DNA from: a virus
Lineage: Duplodnaviria; Caudoviricetes
Direction: 5' to 3' (one strand)
Length of the DNA: 64,000 nucleotides
IMG/VR virus record: IMGVR_UViG_3300027714_000014
Span: 1,460-65,459 of that record
Shown here: positions 18,046-27,667 of the stretch, one piece after another
Layout: each line of letters begins with the position of its first letter
Numbering within the stretch: the first letter of the stretch is position 1
The notes under the pieces: model-generated
Database searches by the model: none
What the model was told of the DNA's origin: nothing
What the model saw: the letters and a program-made list of their open reading frames with translations, nothing else
Position numbers and translations under genes: made by a program

Positions 18046-18780
18046 TCATTCTCCTTTTGGTGCTGGGGTAAGACTATGTTCAGTAACAGGTATAATACTT
18101 TTTTCCCAATCTACTACTAAATTTCCAACAGCCATAATTCTTTCATGTTCACATTTCTGTTCTGGAACAGAATGATATAACCATGCTGGCCACAAAACAA
18201 GTTGACTACCCTTTGGTTTGACTTGCGTAAATCCGCCGCCTCCAGATGGATCATTACGATAGTATGCATCTGGAAAAACTAGTGGAGCACATTCCTCACA
18301 ACCTCTAACACAATAGGTAAAACTCCAAGTGTGGGGCCAGTGTTGGTGTGATTTAGTTGTTTGTCCCTTAGTATATATTAATCCCCATGAATCTGCAACC
18401 TTATAGTCATATTGTCTAGGATCACCAGATTCATTTGTTGCATTTGCAAGAGGCACAGTCTTAGCAAGACTAATTACCAACTCACCTAATTTCTTAAACG
18501 ATTCATATTCTTTGTCCATATCCCATCGTGTCATATGACACTTAGCAGCAGTCTTATGATTCAACCTATCACCAGATTCTCGAATATCATTTTCAAGTAG
18601 GTCATTAAAAGCATCAATTCTAGTTCCCTGTAAATCTTTAACCTTGACAGGAGACTTCTGTTTAAATTCTGGCCAACCCTCTTGGGTAGGCTTTATGTAA
18701 ATATCACTCAACACCAATTCCCATCTTAATCTTGTTAATAAGATAGCTACGAACAAAACCAGACCTAACGATGTCACCAA
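18046..18780 (-). CDS. 2OG-Fe(II) oxygenase
   Basis: SWGLIY, HQHWP, WPAWLYHSVP, RIMAVGN; true start probably near 18711. Confidence 0.8.
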   Translation of the reverse strand: MVTSLGLVLFVAILLTRLRWELVLSDIYIKPTQEGWPEFKQKSPVKVKDLQGTRIDAFNDLLENDIRESGDRLNHKTAAKCHMTRWDMDKEYESFKKLGELVISLAKTVPLANATNESGDPRQYDYKVADSWGLIYTKGQTTKSHQHWPHTWSFTYCVRGCEECAPLVFPDAYYRNDPSGGGGFTQVKPKGSQLVLWPAWLYHSVPEQKCEHERIMAVGNLVVDWEKSIIPVTEHSLTPAPKGE

Positions 18781-19417
18781 TGTTAAATTCTGTACAGTTG
18801 AACTCTTCCATTTCCTCTAGAATGCGTAGGAAATCATGAAGTCCATTTTTCTCATTTTGTCTTTGTAAATCTGATTGGCCAAAATCACCACAGAAGACAA
18901 TTTTAGAATCTTGTCCTACCCTAGTGATAATCGTATCCAATTCATGGAAGTTTAAGTTCTGGCACTCATCAACAATAATGATACTGTTGTCAAATGTCAA
19001 TCCCCGTAGAAATGAGGTTGAAAGAAAATATAGAGAACCTTGTCCCTTGAGTCGGTCATATAGATTATTGAATGCTTGATCACTGGGCATCTGAAACATG
19101 AAACGAACCATGTTCTGATATGGCACCTGATACAATGCAGCCTTATCTTCCTCATCACCTGGCAGAAATCCAATCTCTCTTGTAGGGATTAATGATCTAA
19201 CTAGAATAACCTTTTCTGCTTTATTCTTTAAATCTAACACCTCTTGTAATGCAAGATATAAAGAAATAAATGTCTTACCAGTTCCAGCAGCACCAAATAG
19301 AAATTGGTTCTTACCTTTTTTCCAAGTATCAAAAATAATCTTTTGGTTGTCGGTAATAGGCTTTACATCAACAAGAGTCGAACTGCTGATTTCTTTTGTT
19401 TGTTTTTTAGAGGCCAT
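18704..19417 (-). CDS. phoH: PhoH-like ATPase
   Basis: GAAGTGKT, IGFLPG, FLRGLTF, IVDECQN, GD..QSDL, DIVRSG. Confidence 0.95.
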   Translation of the reverse strand: MASKKQTKEISSSTLVDVKPITDNQKIIFDTWKKGKNQFLFGAAGTGKTFISLYLALQEVLDLKNKAEKVILVRSLIPTREIGFLPGDEEDKAALYQVPYQNMVRFMFQMPSDQAFNNLYDRLKGQGSLYFLSTSFLRGLTFDNSIIIVDECQNLNFHELDTIITRVGQDSKIVFCGDFGQSDLQRQNEKNGLHDFLRILEEMEEFNCTEFNIGDIVRSGFVRSYLINKIKMGIGVE

Positions 19418-19729
19418 TTATTTTCTCGCCTTATGTTTCTTGTAAATATTTTCTGCTTGTAGTCGTTTAGTACTTTTACGACTACCATATTTATCTGCCA
19501 TAGGTGAATCTGGATGTTTAGATGCAATATTACCCATCATATCATTAAAGTTAGTATCCGTCTTAGGACCAACTCCCATTAGATGATCACCCGCAAGAGC
19601 TGGTGCCTTTCCATGATACACCCGTTCTAGGTTAGGGTTCTTCTTCATATATTCATCGTAATCCGCCAAGGGTATGTTATCATCATACTCAATGCCGCTT
19701 TCTATATTCATAAATGTGTATGTGGGCAT
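19418..19729 (-). CDS. hypothetical protein (FmdB-like N-terminus)
   Basis: MPTYTF N-terminus; upstream of phoH. Confidence 0.6.
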   Translation of the reverse strand: MPTYTFMNIESGIEYDDNIPLADYDEYMKKNPNLERVYHGKAPALAGDHLMGVGPKTDTNFNDMMGNIASKHPDSPMADKYGSRKSTKRLQAENIYKKHKARK

Positions 19730-20044
19730 TTAAAACTTAAACTCCAATTGCGTGCCTTCTTGTTTCTCATAGTAAGTTAGCTCGTCTTTCAAATTCTTTA
19801 TTGTAATATATGCTGTATTCAGTCCCTTTTGCAACTCATATATTTCTTTTTTGAGAATATCTACAGCGGTCAAACTTTCTGGTGTATTTATCTCCCAACC
19901 AGACTCGCCCATATCCCACCTTGCAGCAGTCTTACCTTCTCTTTCTTCTCTAAGCTTGCGTAACATGTAATTGTAATGCCCTTCTCTCGTCATCTTGTGC
20001 CTCCAGAAAAAACTTTGGGGTTTCTCTACGTTTCCATTTTGCAA
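19730..20044 (-). CDS. hypothetical coiled-coil protein
   Basis: ORF within the operon; likely start MTREG. Confidence 0.5.
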   Translation of the reverse strand: MQNGNVEKPQSFFWRHKMTREGHYNYMLRKLREEREGKTAARWDMGESGWEINTPESLTAVDILKKEIYELQKGLNTAYITIKNLKDELTYYEKQEGTQLEFKF

Positions 20045-20480
20045 AACTAGACTTCTCTATTATATAGTATGTCTGATATGCCTTAACAGTATCACCAGTT
20101 TTACAATAGTCTGGCATACATTGTGGTGGATCAGTATAACCAACCATAGGAATAGTAACGGGGCATCTTGATAAGGGAACTAACAGTCGTTCCGTAGCAT
20201 GGTGTTTGTCATAACGAAATGTGTATTCCTTCATGAGAGCAACCATATGGTCATACAACCACATATAGTTCTCAAAACTAGAACGAACCCAGATCGTGCT
20301 TGGATGGTTTTTATGTGCCATCTTGTACAATCCATTTTCATCGGCACACTTGTCACCATCAAGAACACGATGCGTTGTAGACAGCATCTGTGCGCTTTCC
20401 AGTATCATCTTGACCACATGCTTGTCACAACTCATTTGTGCAGCCTTCACTGGATCACGGTCTAGGTAAAATATATTCAT
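19950..20480 (-). CDS. pyrimidine-dimer DNA glycosylase / endonuclease V-like protein
   Basis: MNIFYLD..P...CDKHVVKMILESAQMLST, HKNHPSTIW, PPQCMPD. Confidence 0.8.
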   Translation of the reverse strand: MNIFYLDRDPVKAAQMSCDKHVVKMILESAQMLSTTHRVLDGDKCADENGLYKMAHKNHPSTIWVRSSFENYMWLYDHMVALMKEYTFRYDKHHATERLLVPLSRCPVTIPMVGYTDPPQCMPDYCKTGDTVKAYQTYYIIEKSSFAKWKRRETPKFFLEAQDDERRALQLHVTQA

Positions 20481-20734
20481 TCTTCTTTCCTTGTATCATT
20501 CAATAGTAGTATTTTACCTCTTTTTTCATCAATTGTCAAGACCCTTTCTGTCTCAATCATATCAATAATTAAGGTAGTAATATCAACTTCTTTACCCAAC
20601 ACACTAATCTTCTTTTCCAATTTAATAAGAGTTTCTTTGTAGAAGTCTATCTCTTGTTGTTTGACAAGCCGTTGTTCTATAAGATCAGATAGTGATATTA
20701 CATTTTCTTTCATATTATCGGTTGTCACCATCAC
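20477..20734 (-). CDS. hypothetical protein
   Basis: 85 aa, overlapping neighbours within the operon. Confidence 0.55.
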   Translation of the reverse strand: MMVTTDNMKENVISLSDLIEQRLVKQQEIDFYKETLIKLEKKISVLGKEVDITTLIIDMIETERVLTIDEKRGKILLLNDTRKEE

Positions 20735-21035
20735 CTTTGATTTTGTTACGTTCCATTCTAGACTTTAGTTTGTCCACATTGGCTTGTGCAACCTCTTCTA
20801 GTGTCACACCAAGGTCATCAGCAAGTGCTGAGATGTACCATAGCACATCACCTAGTTCCAATCCTACACCAACGAGAGTCTTACCATCTCTCATATGTTT
20901 CTTAACTTTTTCGGCGACCTCACCAGCCTCTCCACACAAACCTAATGTTGGATATGTAATTTTACACTCATCTGGATAGATTGCTGTTGATCGTGCAAAT
21001 TCTTGATATTCGTCAAATGTCATTTTTTGTCCCAC
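20715..21035 (-). CDS. mazG: MazG-like nucleotide pyrophosphohydrolase
   Basis: LGLCGEAGEVAEKVKK...ELGDVLWY...GDGDNR. Confidence 0.9.
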   Translation of the reverse strand: MGQKMTFDEYQEFARSTAIYPDECKITYPTLGLCGEAGEVAEKVKKHMRDGKTLVGVGLELGDVLWYISALADDLGVTLEEVAQANVDKLKSRMERNKIKGDGDNR

Positions 21036-21541
21036 CTATAAAAGATATGATCACCAATTTCTGTTGTCTTTTGTTTAGTCTTTGCCCATGAGGGCGTAAC
21101 ATAATCAGCATGGTAGAACAACGCACCATCTGTTATATCTATAAACTTAATCTCATTACGCATGATTACAGTAGATAAGTCAATGGTCTTTTTGTAAGCT
21201 TCTTTATCTTTTGGAATATCATCTTTACCATCACAATACCAACTAAATTGGCATCTATTTTTTATTGGATAAAATGTACCATTATTTTTCCATGACTTTC
21301 TTGTGGGCCCTTGTTTAACAACCTCACATACTGTATTGGGGAATCGTTTATCGTTCACACGATTTATTACAACAGCAGTTACAGCAATTTTACCCGCTGT
21401 ACCTTGATCTCTTGCTTCATGATACATGTTTAATGCAAGACACTCAATTGTTTTTGTGGATGTGAGAACAATTTTCTCAGGGATAGGAGCATCTGATACG
21501 TTAACTCCAATCATTAACATTGCAGCTATAAAATCATTCAT
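21020..21541 (-). CDS. cell wall hydrolase (SleB/Hydrolase_2)
   Basis: CLALNMYHEAR, NRV...FPNTVCEVV, CQFSWYCDG, GALFYHA, IGDHIFY. Confidence 0.92.
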   Translation of the reverse strand: MNDFIAAMLMIGVNVSDAPIPEKIVLTSTKTIECLALNMYHEARDQGTAGKIAVTAVVINRVNDKRFPNTVCEVVKQGPTRKSWKNNGTFYPIKNRCQFSWYCDGKDDIPKDKEAYKKTIDLSTVIMRNEIKFIDITDGALFYHADYVTPSWAKTKQKTTEIGDHIFYRWDKK

Positions 21542-21992
21542 AACCGTATTGCTCCATAAACATTTCTGTTAAAGGTGCTTGTAACTTGTAAGCTTCGACT
21601 TCCCAAGGTTGTCTCTCATATTTTGTGTCACTATAGTTACGGTATTTACCGTCCTTGCATTTCCACAATTGCTTATAACCACCCTTGAACTTGTCTTTCA
21701 TGCGACCAGTAGCACCCTGCCACACATGAACCATTTCATGCACAATGGTTTCGATAAACTCCTTTTTACAGACAGTTCGTCCCAAACGTTTGTCAATTTG
21801 AATATTATATTCACGATCATCATCACCACGATAACAGAATCCTAAAGCCCCGTCTTCGAAGGTTTTACAAAACTCAAAATTAATATCCATGACACGGTGT
21901 CTAGGCATTAGCATATCCATGCACCACCAGACAATCTCTTCTGCCAGTTCACGTTCTTTTTTTATACCACCAGTAACTTCGATATTAAGCAA
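21534..21992 (-). CDS. zincin metallopeptidase-like protein
   Basis: TIVHEMVHVWQ (HEXXH); PWEVEA. Confidence 0.75.
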   Translation of the reverse strand: MLNIEVTGGIKKERELAEEIVWWCMDMLMPRHRVMDINFEFCKTFEDGALGFCYRGDDDREYNIQIDKRLGRTVCKKEFIETIVHEMVHVWQGATGRMKDKFKGGYKQLWKCKDGKYRNYSDTKYERQPWEVEAYKLQAPLTEMFMEQYGYE

Positions 21993-22026
21993 TCACTTTT
22001 TCCTTTTCATTTCTCATCATAAGTAT

Positions 22027-22055
22027 ATTATCGCACATTCTGGTAGATTTGTCAA
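22027..22055 (-). promoter_or_regulatory. sigma70-type early promoter
   Basis: TTGACA-N17-GATAAT. Confidence 0.7.
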
Positions 22056-22105
22056 GGAAAAAGTGATCTTAAATATCGTTTGGCATCAATAAGTTAGTAT
22101 TTTTT

Positions 22106-22582
22106 TTAGAAGTTTGCTTCGTGGCCAGGCAGAATTTCAGTCGGTTCTGGTTGCATATACGAATCAGTCCAGTTGAAAGCCTCCTTAACTACAGCATCAG
22201 ATAGTCCCTTATACTTCCTATGAAGGGCTCCATCCTTTGCAGAACAGACAAGATCAGCCTCTTCAGCAGATAGTCCCTCTAGCAGTTGAACAAACATATT
22301 TTCACGCCGTAGGGGCGTTAGTTTAGGATTTCCCCCCTTGATGAAGTGAAACAGAAGCCGTGACTCATGAGCCAGATTTGTATGATCAGTTCCAGCTGGA
22401 GCATCATTTTTTTCATATGGAACGTCACCCTCTGGTAAATCCCATTCGATTGAAGGGTCAAATGATGCTTTCAAAATCATACGAAGAGGTTCCGTATTGT
22501 TCTCTCTTAAAATTCTGACTTTTTGTTCTTTGGTCTTTGCTTTGGCAACTTTCGCCAATACTTCTGAAATAAGCGGTGTCAT
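22106..22582 (-). CDS. conserved T4-like marine phage hypothetical protein (DUF6433-like)
   Basis: LISEVL..V..AKTK..K, WDLPEGDVPY, RRENMFVQLLEGL. Confidence 0.7.
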   Translation of the reverse strand: MTPLISEVLAKVAKAKTKEQKVRILRENNTEPLRMILKASFDPSIEWDLPEGDVPYEKNDAPAGTDHTNLAHESRLLFHFIKGGNPKLTPLRRENMFVQLLEGLSAEEADLVCSAKDGALHRKYKGLSDAVVKEAFNWTDSYMQPEPTEILPGHEANF

Positions 22583-22583
22583 A

Positions 22584-23438
22584 TTAAAAATCTCCTATTG
22601 TTTCCATGAGATTCTTCAATCTCTTTTCTATAAAGTAATTTAGTAGTTTACTACGATCCCCTTCTGGGGCATCATGATAAGCTTGAACACACTCTATATG
22701 TAATTCTATAGGTGATTCTTTCAAGTCAATCAATTTCTTATTTCTTTGATAATTTCTTCGTACCTCATCATTAGGAAGTAATTGTTCACACAATGGGCCT
22801 GCCCACTGTTCAATCTTTTTCTTACCTAAAGGTTTTTGTCTAATACCGTCAACAAAAGTGTTGTCAACAGAAAGGACATTCGGCACTCCATCACTGGTAT
22901 CACCTTTCAAAATATGTTCATACAGATATACATCTGGATCAATTCCACTCACAAATTTCTTAGTGATTGGACTATACTGTGTTACGTTCTTGTATTTATG
23001 TAGTTGAATAAAGTCCTTATCACCAGATAAGATTAAGGTCTTACCGTTGTCAAACTCTAATTCACCAGCAAGAGCAGCAATGATATCATCTGCCTCTGCA
23101 CCATATACTTCAAGAACCTTATAAGGCATAAACTCAATGAGCTCATCTCTTATATTATTAAGACATTTAAAGATTGCATCCCAATCATGACCAGAGCCTT
23201 CTCTAGATTTCTTACGATTTGCTTTGTATTGTGGAAAAAAGTCTCGACGCCAATAGTGTTTGGAATCGTAACATATCACCAATTCACCATATTCATTAAG
23301 GAACCTCTCACGATACATACGAAGAGAGTTAAGTATCATATGGCGAACCATACTCTCATCTACCTTTGGTGCTTTTGTTAGATGCAAATGCATCATAACA
23401 CTAGCAACCGAAATTTGGTTCATATCAACTAGAATCAT
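22584..23438 (-). CDS. rnh: T4-type RNase H (5'-3' exonuclease)
   Basis: ILVDMNQ, YWRRDFFPQYKANRK, EADDII, SGDKDFIQL, GDTSDGVPN. Confidence 0.93.
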   Translation of the reverse strand: MILVDMNQISVASVMMHLHLTKAPKVDESMVRHMILNSLRMYRERFLNEYGELVICYDSKHYWRRDFFPQYKANRKKSREGSGHDWDAIFKCLNNIRDELIEFMPYKVLEVYGAEADDIIAALAGELEFDNGKTLILSGDKDFIQLHKYKNVTQYSPITKKFVSGIDPDVYLYEHILKGDTSDGVPNVLSVDNTFVDGIRQKPLGKKKIEQWAGPLCEQLLPNDEVRRNYQRNKKLIDLKESPIELHIECVQAYHDAPEGDRSKLLNYFIEKRLKNLMETIGDF

Positions 23439-23973
23439 TATTATCTTCTTTCATTTCAAGTGCAACACTCTTTCTAACAGTATTAAAGCTAACTGTAATT
23501 CGTTTATCAGTTTGGTTTTCAGTAGTATGATGATCAAGCCAACTAGGAAAAATTACTAATGATCCACTAGCAGGGTGCATATTTACAACTCTTCCTTCTG
23601 GAAATGTAAAGATAAGAGGAGCGCTTCCTTCATCTACATAAGGATAATACGCACCACTAACCACACTTCCTTCTCTATCGTCCCAAGATTCAACATGCCG
23701 ATGCCTACTAACCTTATGTCCTTCACCTAAAATATTAAACCAACTAGATGATATAACTGAAGTTTGTAATTTATCATTCCCTCGAACATATCCATTGATA
23801 CATTCTTGAATTTTTATCATCAAAGGTTTAAGCTCTTCTTTAAATAAAAATTCTCTATCAATCTCATAACTACTTAAACCAGAAACCAAATGATAATTTC
23901 CAGTTGTAGACTTATCAATAACCTCAATACAGTTATCATTAAATTTGTTTAGATTAAAATTTTCAATCATCAT
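23425..23973 (-). CDS. 2OG-Fe(II) oxygenase
   Basis: SWFNI, HRH, SGAYY, FPSWLDH, RITVSFN. Confidence 0.82.
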   Translation of the reverse strand: MMIENFNLNKFNDNCIEVIDKSTTGNYHLVSGLSSYEIDREFLFKEELKPLMIKIQECINGYVRGNDKLQTSVISSSWFNILGEGHKVSRHRHVESWDDREGSVVSGAYYPYVDEGSAPLIFTFPEGRVVNMHPASGSLVIFPSWLDHHTTENQTDKRITVSFNTVRKSVALEMKEDNNDSS

Positions 23974-24653
23974 GTTTTCATGTGGGCGTTAAAGCTCATA
24001 CTTCTTCTCTCACCTTCGCTATAAAAGGGGTATACAAAATGTTTTAAGTAAGATGGAAACACCAGTATCGTACCAACCTCTGGTTTAAATTTTATTGTAT
24101 CACTTCTCATATCAGAGTTTTCACCATACATGAACTCAATGAGCCCATTAGTAGGATAGTGGTCTGTGAACTCTTTGTCAAGTTCCTTTTGCATGTTGGA
24201 GGGAATTTTTAGATACACTACAGCAGAAAAATCTCCAGTATGGTGATGATAGGGATTATACTCTCCAGCATATTGACTAACAATCCAACTATGCGTTAGA
24301 TGTATATTATCTAATGTTGGTTTGCTTTCACGCCCTGCAATTTTGTACCAACCATATGCTCTATTCTTAGAAATAATAAAATTAAGATAGTCTACACAAG
24401 CTTGTCTCATAGTTGTAAATAGTAAATCTCTATCGTCAGCATCGTCAATTGGAATTTGGATTTCCTTACTGACTTTACCAACGAGTTTATGTGACCAATC
24501 CCACTTAGCACTTTTCTTATCACTCGACAGAACGTCATCACCAGATGCGTTAACAATATCTATGAACCTTTGAGAAACCTTAGACTCCATAATTGTAGGA
24601 CTAAAGACTTCTAGAAATTTAGGCCGGTGTTTTTGGGTCTTTTTCTTCATCAT
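23970..24653 (-). CDS. 2OG-Fe(II) oxygenase
   Basis: SWIVSQYAGEYNPYHHH, FPSYLKHFVYPF, RRSMSFN. Confidence 0.85.
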   Translation of the reverse strand: MMKKKTQKHRPKFLEVFSPTIMESKVSQRFIDIVNASGDDVLSSDKKSAKWDWSHKLVGKVSKEIQIPIDDADDRDLLFTTMRQACVDYLNFIISKNRAYGWYKIAGRESKPTLDNIHLTHSWIVSQYAGEYNPYHHHTGDFSAVVYLKIPSNMQKELDKEFTDHYPTNGLIEFMYGENSDMRSDTIKFKPEVGTILVFPSYLKHFVYPFYSEGERRSMSFNAHMKT

Positions 24654-25101
24654 CTAATCCCTCAATTATTTTATTCATCACAGCATCATTCAGACCTCTA
24701 TAATGATCATCTTCATCTTCTTTCTCATTAGGGAGTTTTGTTTTTGTAAATGCTGACATCACCTTTGCCATCGGATGCCCATATCCAACTTCTCTATATA
24801 AACAAGCTCTAACTGATTCAATAATGAACCCCATGTCACGCAAAAAATCATCTGCATCAACTTCAAACGCATTTTCCCGTATAGTATGTATCATCTGAAC
24901 CATTAAAGCTTCAGTAAGATTATCACAAAACACAAGATTTTCTTGCATTTCAAGGACATCAAGCTCTGGAATAACAACCTCTTTTTTAGATTTTATTTTC
25001 CAAGGGCCCTTAACTACGTTTCCGACTTTTTCTTCTTGGTTTTTCATCTTTTTCCTCGATTCCGTTATCAGAATTGTACATTTCTTTAGTGTAAACAGCA
25101 C
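24619..25101 (-). CDS. hypothetical protein
   Basis: NVVKGPW motif near the likely start; within the operon. Confidence 0.6.
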   Translation of the reverse strand: MLFTLKKCTILITESRKKMKNQEEKVGNVVKGPWKIKSKKEVVIPELDVLEMQENLVFCDNLTEALMVQMIHTIRENAFEVDADDFLRDMGFIIESVRACLYREVGYGHPMAKVMSAFTKTKLPNEKEDEDDHYRGLNDAVMNKIIEGLDDEEKDPKTPA

Positions 25102-25636
25102 CTAATATTGGATACCATACACCAACATCAAATTTTGGTTCACCTTTATTAGGTCCATACCAATGATAAGATTGAGCAACACATCTACGAGTAACCTTCT
25201 TTTCTTGATATTCTCCGTAGAAACAATCGCAGTAGTCACCATCTCGTAGGTAACGTTTTAGATTTCTAACATAACCTTCATGAGAGCATTGCTTTGCATA
25301 TGAACCCTTGACCCCAGCCTTGTTTGCCCTACGTTCTGAACTGGCTAGTTCCATCTGTGTCTTAATCCAGACCTTAACCCTCTTAGGATGTATTGGATAA
25401 TCATCTGGCAAATTACGTAAACTTTCATGAATACCAGATTGACCATAATCTGGATTATTTTCAGCCCTTGCTTGTCTTGCCTTTTCAAGACGTTCTGATG
25501 CTGCAGCTTTCTGCTCATCTGTCATAGGTTTGCGTTTCTTACGAACCTTCTTCTTTTTAGAAGGATCAGTCCAACCCTTATTATCCGTCTTGGATTTAAT
25601 ATTTGCCATCGTTCTATTTATCCCTGTTTTAACCAA
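25010..25636 (-). CDS. hypothetical basic protein
   Basis: KRKPMTDEQKAAASERLEKAR motif. Confidence 0.65.
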   Translation of the reverse strand: MVKTGINRTMANIKSKTDNKGWTDPSKKKKVRKKRKPMTDEQKAAASERLEKARQARAENNPDYGQSGIHESLRNLPDDYPIHPKRVKVWIKTQMELASSERRANKAGVKGSYAKQCSHEGYVRNLKRYLRDGDYCDCFYGEYQEKKVTRRCVAQSYHWYGPNKGEPKFDVGVWYPILGAVYTKEMYNSDNGIEEKDEKPRRKSRKRS

Positions 25637-25950
25637 TAACCAACTAAACCATTCAAAAGAATGGCACCACCAACAGCGTTGACAATAATCAACGATCTAT
25701 CATTCCACATAATAGCAACAACTAACCAACCAAGTATGCCCACACATTGAACAATAATGTTGTAGGGATAGAGATTGTTTGCAGCTAAAACCATACCAAT
25801 AATTAAGACAATTGAACTAACCCATTTAATATACCAATCAGTGGTATGCAGCGGTGTTGCTGTTTTAGTGGGAATTTCGTGTGTCTTCAATTCAATCTCG
25901 GCAGTCCTAGTTTTAGACTTATCAACTATCTCAGTAACCTTGTTCATCAA
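25618..25950 (-). CDS. small multi-TM membrane protein (DUF6552-like)
   Basis: DWYIKWVSS...YPYN...GWLVVAIMWNDRSLIIVN. Confidence 0.65.
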   Translation of the reverse strand: MMNKVTEIVDKSKTRTAEIELKTHEIPTKTATPLHTTDWYIKWVSSIVLIIGMVLAANNLYPYNIIVQCVGILGWLVVAIMWNDRSLIIVNAVGGAILLNGLVGYWLKQG

Positions 25951-26134
25951 ACCTTTTCTCCAAAGTTTTCTTTTGCCTACTTTTACCAGCAGCCTTTGCT
26001 AACCGTTTCTTTTCACCCTTTGTTTTGTGATACTCACGTTCACGCAACTCCGTATAGAAACCTTCTCTTTGTAACTTTTTCTTTAGGATACGCAGCGCTC
26101 CATCAATGTTATTGTTACGAACTTCGACTTTCAT
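25931..26134 (-). CDS. rpsU: ribosomal protein bS21
   Basis: VEVRNNNIDGALRILKKKLQREG...ELREREYHKTKGEKKR. Confidence 0.9.
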   Translation of the reverse strand: MKVEVRNNNIDGALRILKKKLQREGFYTELREREYHKTKGEKKRLAKAAGKSRQKKTLEKRFDEQGY

Positions 26135-26503
26135 TTAACTTCTCCTCATTGTTGCAACTTCTATTGCTTGTTCTTGGTTGCGAATAGGTACTGCATTAGA
26201 TTTATGCATCTGGGCAATCCCTATAATTTCAGTTCCCGTATAAACCATCTCTTCTTTCTTTGCCATAGAAGAGTCATATACGATCTTTGGTTTGGTGCTC
26301 TCGACAGGACTCGAACCTGTGACCCACGGTTTAGAAGACCGTTGCTCTAATCCAGCTGAGCTACGAGAGCCAATTCCCATCTTCTTCAAAAACTTTTTAT
26401 GATCACGCTCGGCAGCAAGTAGACTTTGAGTCTTCTTGCGTACCTTACGTTTCTTAGTGTTCGTTGTAGAGTAGAACACCGGCAATAAATGCATACCACT
26501 CAT
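26135..26503 (-). CDS. hypothetical protein containing an in-frame tRNA
   Basis: MSGMHLLPVFYSTT... and C-terminal YTGTEIIGIAQMHKSNAVP; start overlaps the upstream stop and stop abuts rpsU. Confidence 0.7.
   Translation of the reverse strand: MSGMHLLPVFYSTTNTKKRKVRKKTQSLLAAERDHKKFLKKMGIGSRSSAGLEQRSSKPWVTGSSPVESTKPKIVYDSSMAKKEEMVYTGTEIIGIAQMHKSNAVPIRNQEQAIEVATMRRS
26293..26370 (-). tRNA. tRNA-Arg(UCU)
   Basis: GCTCTCG/CGAGAGC acceptor; ACGGT-CTTCTAA-ACCGT; TTCGAGT T-loop; CCA; 78 nt. Confidence 0.92.
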
Positions 26504-26574
26504 TAGTACATCATCACATATAAAACTTTATTAACAATACCAATTGTGGCAATCACCACTAACACTGTAATCAT
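26503..26574 (-). CDS. 23-aa hydrophobic peptide
   Basis: MITVLVVIATIGIVNKVLYVMMY*; ATGA and TAATG overlaps with both neighbours. Confidence 0.45.
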   Translation of the reverse strand: MITVLVVIATIGIVNKVLYVMMY

Positions 26575-26918
26575 TTCACTATTCTCCATTCTTTATTAGT
26601 GTAACACACTGTAACTTCTTTGTCAAGGGTTGTTTTAGTTTCTTTACAATCACCCTCTTCATAATAATTATCCCACTGAAAATTATCACGCATTTCTTCA
26701 AGACGTTTCATGTTTTCAACTGGGCGCTCTACGAACAGGTACTTATTGATTTCCTGTTTGCATTCAATTACCTTACATGCAATAGGGCCAATAATACCTG
26801 TTAATAGAGACAAGGGTTCAAACGCCTGGGCTGGTTTTGCGACTAGACTGAGACAAACTACGCAACTCACGCTTAAGGCGATCATCATCTGCCTTATTCT
26901 GCTTACTTGCATTCTCAT
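26571..26918 (-). CDS. hypothetical exported protein
   Basis: Signal peptide ending AQA; Cys pairs. Confidence 0.55.
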   Translation of the reverse strand: MRMQVSRIRQMMIALSVSCVVCLSLVAKPAQAFEPLSLLTGIIGPIACKVIECKQEINKYLFVERPVENMKRLEEMRDNFQWDNYYEEGDCKETKTTLDKEVTVCYTNKEWRIVK

Positions 26919-27504
26919 CTAACTCCTTCCAAGCTTTGGTTGCCCGCAACTTATTAAACAGCATTTCATCCTTACGCAAACGATTCGTTAGAATCTTTCT
27001 TGCTTCTGCATCTGAATATTCCAACAAGACAAATGCACGATACTGAACACCATTAGGAACAATTTCTAGCTTTGATACTTTGTAACCAGAAACATCTGTA
27101 TCAGCAGTAATATTCTTTACTGCACGTTCAAACTCTGAAATTACAGACGAATCAAGATCACCAGAACCAACTTTCGCCTTGAACTGTTTTGCCTGACTAC
27201 GCAATCGTGAATTGATACGATCAGCAAGAATTACCTTTGCATTTAGTACAGCAGCATCAATTGAAAACTGCATGTCTGGTGTTACAGACGTTCCACTAGA
27301 ATAAATGTTACGATCATCCTCTGGTTGTAGCTTGAACCAATCTGGAATATTGCCGATCTGTTCCTTAACACGATCACGCTTATATTCATAAGTAACGTTA
27401 GTAGTAACATCAGTTCCTGGCAACGCTGCGTCCTGTGTTGTTTTGCACGCTGATAGTGCAAGCAAGCTTGCAACACTAACTAAAGCCAATTTACTTTTCT
27501 GCAT
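26818..27504 (-). CDS. lipoprotein (LPP20-like)
   Basis: Lipobox LSAC; IPDWF; YRAFVLLEY. Confidence 0.7.
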   Translation of the reverse strand: MQKSKLALVSVASLLALSACKTTQDAALPGTDVTTNVTYEYKRDRVKEQIGNIPDWFKLQPEDDRNIYSSGTSVTPDMQFSIDAAVLNAKVILADRINSRLRSQAKQFKAKVGSGDLDSSVISEFERAVKNITADTDVSGYKVSKLEIVPNGVQYRAFVLLEYSDAEARKILTNRLRKDEMLFNKLRATKAWKELDENASKQNKADDDRLKRELRSLSQSSRKTSPGV

Positions 27505-27658
27505 TTGTAGTCTCCTCAATATTAACATCTGTCATCAATCCTTCACCCATAGTTACGATGTCTGCACCAATACCCATAACAGTATTACCACAACCACCAA
27601 GAGCTAAAGTCATACTCATTAGGCCGAATACAAAAGCCGTTGTTGTAAATAATTTCAT
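27491..27658 (-). CDS. entericidin-like small lipoprotein (55 aa)
   Basis: Manual translation ...LALGGCGNTVMGIGADIVTMGE; below the ORF-track cutoff. Confidence 0.6.
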   Translation of the reverse strand: MKLFTTTAFVFGLMSMTLALGGCGNTVMGIGADIVTMGEGLMTDVNIEETTNAEK

Positions 27659-27667
27659 AATTATTCC

